A program made the translations under genes and the position numbers. From positions 124,001 through 188,000 of the forward strand of contig OZ059897.1 of the NCBI GenBank assembly GCA_964057225.1: 64,000 bases of DNA, in the 5' to 3' direction. Below are positions 13,801-25,053 of the stretch, piece by piece. This DNA is from Auanema rhodensis. Its lineage: Eukaryota > Animalia > Nematoda. Within the stretch, counting starts at the first letter, position 1. Every line of letters starts with the position of its first letter. Below the pieces are notes generated by a model. The model was not told the DNA's origin and did no database searches. It saw nothing but the letters and a program-made list of their open reading frames with translations.

Positions 13801-16800
13801 ATTTTGAAAACCGCATCTCTTTATCTTTCACGTGAAGCGAGTTACATACCAAGTGCACATCACGTGTACATTTAATTAGCATAAATTAAAGTTCACGTAA
13901 ATTTCAAAGTCATGGTTACCATGAACCAATATCAATAAAAATTTGTTTTTAGACTAATATGGACATGGGGAATCTAATTTTGAAAACCGCATCTCTTTAT
14001 CTTTCACGTGAAGCGAGTTACATACCAAGTGCACATCACGTGTACATTTAATTAGCATAAATTAAAGTTCACGTAAATTTCAAAGTCATGGTTACCATGA
14101 ACCAATATCAATAAAAATTTGTTTTTAGACTAATATGGACATGGGGAATCTAATTTTGAAAACCGCATCTCTTTATCTTTCACGTGAAGCGAGTTACATA
14201 CCAAGTGCACTTCACGTGTACATTTAATTAGCATAAATTAAAGTTCACGTAAATTTCAAAGTCATGGTTACCATGAAGCAATATCAATAAAAATTTGTTT
14301 TTAGACTAATATGGACATGGGGAATCTAATTTTGAAAACCGCATCTCTTTATCTTTCACGTGAAGCGAGTTACATACCAAGTGCACATCACGTGTACATT
14401 TAATTAGCATAAATTAAAGTTCACGTAAATTTCAAAGTCATGGTTACCATGCACCAATATCAATAAAAATTTGTTTTTAGACTAATATGGACATGGGGAA
14501 TCTAATTTTGAAAACCGCATCTCTTTATCTTTCACGTGAAGCGAGTTACATACCAAGTGCACATCACGTGTACATTTAATTAGCATTAATTAAAGTTCAC
14601 GTAAATTTCAAAGTCATGGTTACCATGCACCAATATCAATAAAAATTTGTTTTTAGACTAATATGGACATGGGGAATCTAATTTTGAAAACCGCATCTCT
14701 TTATCTTTCACGTGAAGCGAGTTACATACCAAGTGCACATCACGTGTACATTTAATTAGCATAAATTAAAGTTCACGTAAATTTCAAAGTCATGGTTACC
14801 ATGAACCAATATCAATAAAAATTTGTTTTTAGACTAATATGGACATGGGGAATCTAATTTTGAAAACCGCATCTCTTTATCTTTCACGTGAAGCGAGTTA
14901 CATACCAAGTGCACATCACGTGTACATTTAATTAGCATAAATTAAAGTTCACGTAATTTTCAAAGTCATGGTTACCATGAACCAATATCAATAAAAATTT
15001 GTTTTTAGACTAATATGGACATGGGGAATCTAATTTTGAAAACCGCATCTCTTTATCTTTCACGTGAAGCGAGTTACATACCAAGTGCACATCACGTGTA
15101 CATTTAATTAGCATAAATTAAAGTTCACGTAAATTTCAAAGTCATGGTTACCATGAACCAATATCAATAAAAATTTGTTTTTAGACTAATATGGACATGG
15201 GGAATCTAATTTTGAAAACCGCATCTCTTTATCTTTCACGTGAAGCGAGTTACATACCAAGTGCACATCACGTGTACATTTAATTAGCATAAATTAAAGT
15301 TCACGTAAATTTCAAAGTCATGGTTACCATGAAGCAATATCAATAAAAATTTGTTTTTAGACTAATATGGACATGGGGAATCTAATTTTGAAAACCGCAT
15401 CTCTTTATCTTTCACGTGAAGCGAGTTACATACCAAGTGCACATCACGTGTACATTTAATTAGCATAAATTAAAGTTCACGTAAATTTCAAAGTCATGGT
15501 TACCATGAACCAATATCAATAAAAATTTGTTTTTAGACTAATATTGACATGGGGAATCTAATTTTGAAAACCGCATCTCTTTATCTTTCACGTGAAGCGA
15601 GTTACATACCAAGTGCACATCACGTGTACATTTAATTAGCATAAATTAAAGTTCACGTAAATTTCAAAGTCATGGTTACCATGAAGCAATATCAATAAAA
15701 ATTAGTTTTTAGACTAATATGGACATGGGGAATCTAATTTTGAAAACCGCATCTCTTTATCTTTCACGTGAAGCGAGTTACATACCAAGTGCACATTACG
15801 TGTACATTTAATTAGCATAAATTAAAGTTCACGTAAATTTCAAAGTCATGGTTACCATGAACCAATATCAATAAAAATTTGTTTTTAGACTAATATGGAC
15901 ATGGGAAATCTAATTTTGAAAACCGCATTTCTTTATCTTTCACGTGAAGCGAGTTACATACCAAGTGCACATCACGTGTACATTTAATTAGCATAAATTA
16001 AAGTTCACGTAAATTTCAAAGTCATGGTTACCATGAAGCAATATCAATAAAAATTTGTTTTTAGACTAATATGGACATGGGGAATCTAATTTTGAAAACC
16101 GCATCTCTTTATCTTTCACGTGAAGCGAGTTACATACCAAGTGCACATCACGTGTACATTTAATTAGCATAAATTAAAGTTCACGTAAATTTCAAAGTCA
16201 TGGTTACCATGAACCAATATCAATAAAAATTTGTTTTTAGACTAATATGGACATGGGGAATCTAATTTTGAAAACCGCATCTCTTTATCTTTCACGTGAA
16301 GCGAGTTACATACCAAGTGCACATCACGTGTACATTTAATTAGCATAAATTAAAGTTCACGTAAATTTCAAAGTCATGGTTACCATGAACCAATATCAAT
16401 AAAAATTTGTTTTTAGACTAATATGGACATGGGGAATCTAATTTTGAAAACCGCATCTCTTTATCTTTCACGTGAAGCGAGTTACATACCAAGTGCACAT
16501 CACGTGTACATTTAATTAGCATAAATCAAAGTTCACGTAAATTTCAAAGTCATGGTTACCATGAACCAATATCAATAAAAATTTGTTTTTAGACTAATAT
16601 GGACATGGGGAATCTAATTTTGAAAACCGCATCTCTTTATCTTTCACGTGAAGCGAGTTACATACCAAGTGCACATCACGTGTACATTTAATTAGCATTA
16701 ATTAAAGTTCACGTAAATTTCAAAGTCATGGTTACCATGCACCAATATCAATAAAAATTTGTTTTTAGACTAATATGGACATGGGGAATCTAATTTTGAA

Positions 16801-17600
16801 AACCGCATCTCTTTATCTTTCACGTGAAGCGAGTTACATACCAAGTGCACATCACGTGTACATTTAATTAGCATTAATTAAAGTTCACGTAAATTTCAAA
16901 GTCATGGTTACCATGAACCAATATCAATAAAAATTTGTTTTTAGACTAATATGGACATGGGGAATCTAATTTTGAAAACCGCATCTCTTTATCTTTCACG
17001 TGAAGCGAGTTACATACCAAGTGCACATCACGTGTACATTTAATTAGCATAAATTAAAGTTCACGTAAATTTCAAAGTCATGGTTACCATGAACCAATAT
17101 CAATAAAAATTTGTTTTTAGACTAATATGGACATGGGGAATCTAATTTTGAAAACCGCATTTCTTTATCTTTCACGTGAAGCGAGTTACATACCAAGTGC
17201 ACATCACGTGTACATTTAATTAGCATAAATTAAAGTTCACGTAAAATTCAAAGTCATGGTTACCATGAACCAATATCAATAAAAATTTGTTTTTAGACTA
17301 AAATGGACATGGGGAATCTAATTTGGAAAACCGCATCTCTTTATCTTTCACGCGAAGCCAGTTACATACCAAGTGCACATCACGTGTACATTTAATTAGC
17401 ATAAATTAAAGTTCACGTAAATTTCAAAGTCATGGTTACCATGAACCAATATCAATAAAAATTCGTTTTTAGACTAATATGGACATGGGGAATCTAATTT
17501 TGAAAACCGCATCTCTTTATCTTTCACGTGAAGCGAGTTACATACCAAGTGCACATCACGTGTACATTTAATTAGCATAAATTAAAGTTCACGTAAATTT
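6865..17600. repeat. 29-monomer block duplicated at 5632-bp offset (6865-11968 and 12497-17600) in array A
   Basis: Markers recur 5632 bp apart: GCACTT 8579/14211, AAATCAAAG 10895/16527, and the four-SNP monomer (TAAAATGG, TTGGAAA, CACGCGAAGCC) at 11617/17249. The allele series is identical in monomers 40-68 and 72-100. Confidence 0.92.
11617..12672. repeat. 3-monomer (528-bp) tandem duplication in array A
   Basis: The series four-SNP monomer, AATTCG monomer, AAG-type monomer starts at 11617 and again at 12145, each time preceded by the AAAATTC variant. Confidence 0.92.
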
Positions 17601-18099
17601 CAAAGTCATGGTTACCATGAACCAATATCAATAAAAATTTGTTTTTAGACTAATATGGACATGAGGAATCTAATTTTGAAAACCGCATCTCTTTATCTTT
17701 CACGTGAAGCGAGTTACATACCAAGTGCACATCACGTGTACATTTAATTAGCATAAATTAAAGTTCACGTAAATTTCAAAGTCATGGTTACCATGAACCA
17801 ATATCAATAAAAATTTGTTTTTAGACTAATATGGACATGGGGAATCTAATTTTGAAAACCGCATTTCTTTATCTTTCACGTGAAGCGAGTTACATACCAA
17901 GTGCACATCACGTGTACATTTAATTAGCATAAATTAAAGTTCACGTAAATTTCAAAGTCATGGTTACCATGAACCAATATCAATAAAAATTTGTTTTTAG
18001 ACTAATATGGACATGGGGAATCTAATTTTGAAAACCGCATCTCTTTATCTTTCACGTGAAGCAAGTTACATACCAAGTGCACATCACGTGTACATTTAA

Positions 18100-18286
18100 T
18101 TAATACAAAAATTAGTTATGATCGTTTGAAAAATGATGCATTAGTGTATGTTGAGTTTCCATGTACACTCAACATTGCTTCCAAAAACATTTTGACAAAA
18201 ATTTTTTCGAAAAATTTCAAAATAATTTAGCAAAAAGTAGATGTTTTTAGATTCCTTTTTTCAAGGCAAAGACGATGGACAATGTT
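18100..18286 (-). repeat. Inverted 187-bp fragment of the 351-bp satellite monomer at the array junction
   Basis: TTAATACAAAAATTAGTTATGATCG...GACGATGGACAATGTT is the reverse complement of AACATTGTCCATCGTC...CATAACTAATTTTTGTATTAA. By eye it is an exact match to the forward copy at 19862-20048. Confidence 0.98.
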
Positions 18287-19420
18287 GTATTAAGCGTTTC
18301 TCAATGTAGTATAGTGCATTCGATGCGGATTTTTAAGCTGCGTCGATCTGTGTTATCAGATTTGCGCTAGCTTAAAAATGCACCAAGATATCAACTGATA
18401 TAAGTTCACACTTATATCCTCGATTTTCACCCTGAAGAATTAATTTTTTCGTTGAATAACATTGTCCATCGTCTTTGCCTTGAATAAAGGAATCTAAAAA
18501 CATCTACTTTTTGCTAAATTATTTTGAAATTTTTCGAAAAAATTTTTGTCAAAATGTTTTTGGAAGCATTGTTGAGTGTACATGGAAACTCAACATACAC
18601 TAATGCATCATTTTTCAAACGATCATAACTAATTTTTGTATTAAGCCTTTCTCAATGTAGTATAGTGCATTCGATGCGGATTTTTAAGCTGCGTCGATCT
18701 GTGTTATCAGATTTGCGCTAGCGTAAAAATGCACCGAGATATCAACTGATATAAGTTCACACTTATATCCTCGATTTTCACCCTGAAGGAATAATTTTTT
18801 CGTTGAATAACATTGTCCATCGTCTTTGCCTTGAAAAAAGGAATCTAAAAACATCTACTTTTTGCTAAATTATTTTGAAATTTTTCGAAAAAATTTTTGT
18901 CAAAATGTTTTTGGAAGCAATGTTGAGTGTACATGGAAACTCAACATACACTAATGCATCATTTTTCAAACGATCATAACTAATTTCTGTATCAAGCGTT
19001 TCTCAATGTAGTTTGGTGCATTCGATGCGGATTTTTAAGCTGCGTCGATCTGTGTTATCAGATTTGCGCTAGCTTAAAAATGCACCAAGATATCAACTGA
19101 TATAAGTTCACACTTATATCCTCGATTTTCACCCTGAAGAATTAATTTTTTCGTTGAATAACATTGTCCATCGTCTTTGCCTTGAAAAAAGGAATCTAAA
19201 AACATCTACTTTTTGCTAAATTATTGTGAAATTTTTCGAAAAAATTTTTGTCAAAATGTTTTTGGAAGCAATGTTGAGTGTACATGGAAACTCAACATAC
19301 ACTAATGCATCATTTTTCAAACGATCATAACTAATTTTTGTATTAAGCGTTTCTCAATGTAGTATAGTGCATTCGATGCGGATTTTTAAGCTGCGTCGAT
19401 CTGTGTTATCAGATTTGCGC

Positions 19421-22400
19421 TAGCTTAAAAATGCACCAAGATATCAACTGATATAAGTTCACACTTATATCCTCGATTTTCACCCTGAAGAATTAATTTT
19501 TTCGTTGAATAACATTGTCCATCGTCTTTGCCTTGAATAAAGGAATCTAAAAACATCTACTTTTTGCTAAATTATTTTGAAATTTTTCGAAAAAATTTTT
19601 GTCAAAATGTTTTTGGAAGCAATGTTGAATGTACATGGAAACTCAACATACACTAATGCATCATTTTTCAAACGATCATAACTAATTTTTGTATTGAGCG
19701 TTTCTCAATGTAGTATAGTGCATTCGATGCGGATTTTTAAGCTGCGTCGATCTGTGTTATCAGATTTGCGCTAGCTTAAAAATGCACCAAGATATCAACT
19801 GATATAAGTTCACACTTATATCCTCGATTTTCACCCTGAAGAATTAATTTTTTCGTTGAATAACATTGTCCATCGTCTTTGCCTTGAAAAAAGGAATCTA
19901 AAAACATCTACTTTTTGCTAAATTATTTTGAAATTTTTCGAAAAAATTTTTGTCAAAATGTTTTTGGAAGCAATGTTGAGTGTACATGGAAACTCAACAT
20001 ACACTAATGCATCATTTTTCAAACGATCATAACTAATTTTTGTATTAAGCGTTTCTCAATGTAGTATAGTGCATTCGATGCGGATTTTTAAGCTGCGTCG
20101 ATCTGTGTTATCAGATTTGCGCTAGCTTAAAAATGCACCAAGATATCAACTGATATAAGTTCACATTTATATCCTCGATTTTCACCCTGAAGAATTAATT
20201 TTTTCGTTGAATAACATTGTCCATCGTCTTTGCCTTGAATAAAGGAATCTAAAAACATCTACTTTTTGCTAAATTATTTTGAAATTTTTCGAAAAAATTT
20301 TTGTCAAAATGTTTTTGGAAGCAATGTTGAGTGTACATGGAAACTCAACATACACTAATGCATCATTTTTCAAACGATCATAACTAATTTTTGTATTGAG
20401 CGTTTCTCAATGTAGTATAGTGCATTCGATGCGGATTTTTAAGCTGCGTCGATCTGTGTTATCAGATTTGCGTTAGCTTAAAAATGCACCGAGATATCAA
20501 CTGATATAAGTTCACACTTATATCCTCGATTTTCACCCTGAAGAATTAATTTTTTCGTTGAATAACATTGTCCATCGTCTTTGCCTTGAAAAATGGAATC
20601 TAAAAACATCTACTTTTTGCTAAATTATTTTGAAATTTTTCGAAAAAATTTTTGTCAAAATGTTTTTGGAAGCATTGTTGAGTGTACATGGAAACTCAAC
20701 ATACACTAATGCATCATTTTTCAAAGGATCATAACTAATTTTTGTATTAAGCGTTTCTCAATGTAGTATAGTGCATTCGATGCGGATTTTTAAGCTGCGT
20801 CGATCTGTGTTATCAGATTTGCGTTAGCTTAAAAATGCACCAAGATATCAACTGATATAAGTTCACACTTATATCCTCGATTTTCACCCTGAAGAATTAA
20901 TTTTTTCGTTGAATAACATTGTCCATCGTCTTTGCCTTGAATAAAGGAATCTAAAAACATCTACTTTTTGCTAAATTATTTTGAAATTTTTCGAAAAAAT
21001 TTTTGTCAAAATGTTTTTGGAAGCAATGTTGAGTGTACATGGAAACTCAACATACACTAATGCATCATTTTTCAAAGGATCATAACTAATTTTTGTATTA
21101 AGCGTTTCTCAATGTAGTATAGTGCATTCGATGCGGATTTTTAAGCTGCGTCGATCTGTGTTATCAGATTTGCGCTAGCTTAAAAATGCACCAAGATATC
21201 AACTGATATAAGTTCACACTTATATCCTCGATTTTCACCCTGAAGAATTAATTTTTTCGTTGAATAACATTGTCCATCGTCTTTGCCTTGAATAAAGGAA
21301 TCTAAAAACATCTACTTTTTGCTAAATTATTTTGAAATTTTTCGAAAAAATTTTTGTCAAAATGTTTTTGGAAGCAATGTTGAGTGTACATGGAAACTCA
21401 ACATACACTAATGCATCATTTTTCAAACGATCATAACTAATTTTTGTATTAAGCGTTTCTCAATGTAGTATAGTGCATTCGATGCGGATTTTTAAGCTGC
21501 GTCGATCTGTGTTATCAGATTTGCGTTAGCTTAAAAATGCACCAAGATATCAACTGATATAAGTTCACACTTATATCCTCGATTTTCACCCTGAAGAATT
21601 AATTTTTTCGTTGAATAACATTGTCCATCGTCTTTGCCTTGAATAAAGGAATCTAAAAACATCTACTTTTTGCTAAATTATTTTGAAATTTTTCGAAAAA
21701 ATTTTTGTCAAAATGTTTTTGGAAGCAATGTTGAATGTACATGGAAACTCAACATACACTAATGCATCATTTTTCAAACGATCATAACTAATTTTTGTAT
21801 TGAGCGTTTCTCAATGTAGTATAGTGCATTCGATGCGGATTTTTAAGCTGCGTCGATCTGTGTTATCAGATTTGCGCTAGCTTAAAAATGCACCAAGATA
21901 TCAACTGATATAAGTTCACACTTATATCCTCGATTTTCACCCTGAAGAATTAATTTTTTCGTTGAATAACATTGTCCATCGTCTTTGCCTTGAAAAAAGG
22001 AATCTAAAAACATCTACTTTTTGCTAAATTATTTTGAAATTTTTCGAAAAAATTTTTGTCAAAATGTTTTTGGAAGCAATGTTGAGTGTACATGGAAACT
22101 CAACATACACTAATGCATCATTTTTCAAACGATCATAACTAATTTTTGTATTAAGCGTTTCTCAATGTAGTATAGTGCATTCGATGCGGATTTTTAAGCT
22201 GCGTCGATCTGTGTTATCAGATTTGCGTTAGCTTAAAAATGCACCAAGATATCAACTGATATAAGTTCACACTTATATCCTCGATTTTCACCCTGAAGAA
22301 TTAATTTTTTCGTTGAATAACATTGTCCATCGTCTTTGCCTTGAATAAAGGAATCTAAAAACATCTACTTTTTGCTAAATTATTTTGAAATTTTTCGAAA

Positions 22401-25053
22401 AAATTTTTGTCAAAATGTTTTTGGAAGCAATGTTGAGTGTACATGGAAACTCAACATACACTAATGCATCATTTTTCAAAGGATCATAACTAATTTTTGT
22501 ATTAAGCGTTTCTCAATGTAGTATAGTGCATTCGATGCGGATTTTTAAGCTGCGTCGATCTGTGTTATCAGATTTGCGCTAGCTTAAAAATGCACCAAGA
22601 TATCAACTGATATAAGTTCACACTTATATCCTCGATTTTCACCCTGAAGAATTAATTTTTTCGTTGAATAACATTGTCCATCGTCTTTGCCTCGAATAAA
22701 GGAATCTAAAAACATCTACTTTTTGCTAAATTATTTTGAAATTTTTCGAAAAAATTTTTGTCAAAATGTTTTTGGAAGCAATGTTGAGTGTACATGGAAA
22801 CTCAACATACACTAATGCATCATTTTTCAAACGATCATAACTAATTTTTGTATTAAGCGTTTCTCAATGTAGTATAGTGCATTCGATGCGGATTTTTAAG
22901 CTGCGTCGATCTGTGTTATCAGATTTGCGTTAGCTTAAAAATGCACCAAGATATCAACTGATATAAGTTCACACTTATATCCTCGATTTTCACCCTGAAG
23001 AATTAATTTTTTCGTTGAATAACATTGTCCATCGTCTTTGCCTTGAATAAAGGAATCTAAAAACATCTACTTTTTGCTAAATTATTTTGAAATTTTTCGA
23101 AAAAATTTTTGTCAAAATGTTTTTGGAAGCAATGTTGAATGTACATGGAAACTCAACATACACTAATGCATCATTTTTCAAACGATCATAACTAATTTTT
23201 GTATTGAGCGTTTCTCAATGTAGTATAGTGCATTCGATGCGGATTTTTAAGCTGCGTCGATCTGTGTTATCAGATTTGCGCTAGCTTAAAAATGCACCAA
23301 GATATCAACTGATATAAGTTCACACTTATATCCTCGATTTTCACCCTGAAGAATTAATTTTTTCGTTGAATAACATTGTCCATCGTCTTTGCCTTGAAAA
23401 AAGGAATCTAAAAACATCTACTTTTTGCTAAATTATTTTGAAATTTTTCGAAAAAATTTTTGTCAAAATGTTTTTGGAAGCAATGTTGAGTGTACATGGA
23501 AACTCAACATACACTAATGCATCATTTTTCAAACGATCATAACTAATTTTTGTATTAAGCGTTTCTCAATGTAGTATAGTGCATTCGATGCGGATTTTTA
23601 AGCTGCGTCGATCTGTGTTATCAGATTTGCGCTAGCTTAAAAATGCACCAAGATATCAACTGATATAAGTTCACATTTATATCCTCGATTTTCACCCTGA
23701 AGAATTAATTTTTTCGTTGAATAACATTGTCCATCGTCTTTGCCTTGAATAAAGGAATCTAAAAACATCTACTTTTTGCTAAATTATTTTGAAATTTTTC
23801 GAAAAAATTTTTGTCAAAATGTTTTTGGAAGCAATGTTGAGTGTACATGGAAACTCAACATACACTAATGCATCATTTTTCAAACGATCATAACTAATTT
23901 TTGTATTGAGCGTTTCTCAATGTAGTATAGTGCATTCGATGCGGATTTTTAAGCTGCGTCGATCTGTGTTATCAGATTTGCGTTAGCTTAAAAATGCACC
24001 GAGATATCAACTGATATAAGTTCACACTTATATCCTCGATTTTCACCCTGAAGAATTAATTTTTTCGTTGAATAACATTGTCCATCGTCTTCGCCTTGAA
24101 AAATGGAATCTAAAAACATCTACTTTTTGCTAAATTATTTTGAAATTTTTCGAAAAAATTTTTGTCAAAATGTTTTTGGAAGCATTGTTGAGTGTACATG
24201 GAAACTCAACATACACTAATGCATCATTTTTCAAAGGATCATAACTAATTTTTGTATTAAGCGTTTCTCAATGTAGTATAGTGCATTCGATGCGGATTTT
24301 TAAGCTGCGTCGATCTGTGTTATCAGATTTGCGTTAGCTTAAAAATGCACCAAGATATCAACTGATATAAGTTCACACTTATATCCTCGATTTTCACCCT
24401 GAAGAATTAATTTTTTCGTTGAATAACATTGTCCATCGTCTTTGCCTTGAATAAAGGAATCTAAAAACATCTACTTTTTGCTAAATTATTTTGAAATTTT
24501 TCGAAAAAATTTTTGTCAAAATGTTTTTGGAAGCAATGTTGAGTGTACATGGAAACTCAACATACACTAATGCATCATTTTTCAAAGGATCATAACTAAT
24601 TTTTGTATTAAGCGTTTCTCAATGTAGTATAGTGCATTCGATGCGGATTTTTAAGCTGCGTCGATCTGTGTTATCAGATTTGCGCTAGCTTAAAAATGCA
24701 CCAAGATATCAACTGATATAAGTTCACACTTATATCCTCGATTTTCACCCTGAAGAATTAATTTTTTCGTTGAATAACATTGTCCATCGTCTTTGCCTTG
24801 AATAAAGGAATCTAAAAACATCTACTTTTTGCTAAATTATTTTGAAATTTTTCGAAAAAATTTTTGTCAAAATGTTTTTGGAAGCAATGTTGAGTGTACA
24901 TGGAAACTCAACATACACTAATGCATCATTTTTCAAACGATCATAACTAATTTTTGTATTAAGCGTTTCTCAATGTAGTATAGTGCATTCGATGCGGATT
25001 TTTAAGCTGCGTCGATCTGTGTTATCAGATTTGCGTTAGCTTAAAAATGCACC
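19421..25053. repeat. 6-mer higher-order repeat of the 351-bp unit in a 6-4-6 arrangement
   Basis: The GTTGAATGT marker is at 19629, 21735 and 23139 (spacings 2106 and 1404). The CACATTT marker is at 20166 and 23676 only, so the middle copy lacks two monomers. Confidence 0.8.

Larger units (their letters stand above)
1..18102. repeat. Satellite array A: 176-bp monomer, head-to-tail, about 102.85 copies, probably continuing left of the window
   Basis: The monomer starts CAAAGTCATGGTTACCATG at 1, 177, 353, 881, 2641, 5281, 7921, 10561, 13201, 15841 and 17953, all equal to 1+176n. The last copy is truncated after 150 bp (...TACATTTAATTA, 18102). About 32% GC by hand count. Most copies differ from consensus by 0-2 substitutions. 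Confidence 0.99.

Noticed and set aside
18100-18293. MITE or piggyBac-like element (TTAA ends, 9-bp terminal inverted repeats)
   Set aside because: The interior is purely satellite B sequence and has no transposon-type termini. The inverted ends are explained by the inversion breakpoint.
18397-18418. Compensatory covariation in the GATATAAGT/ACTTATATC stem (TATATGT and ACATATA variants hit paired positions)
   Set aside because: I never saw the two variants in the same monomer, so each breaks the pair. This is no evidence of selection on the structure.
18447-18463. CENP-B box-like TTTCGTTGAATAACATT
   Set aside because: It matches the TTCG....A half but lacks the essential CGGG.
18432-18490. 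Hammerhead ribozyme, known from some satellites; CTGAAGA fits CUGANGA
   Set aside because: I could not build stem II closing onto GAAA, or stems I and III. The common CTGAAGGA allele also breaks the core. An Infernal search with hammerhead models would settle it.
18285-18635. 351-mer as a dimer of a roughly 176-bp subunit
   Set aside because: No alignable similarity is visible by eye between its halves or along the A monomer.
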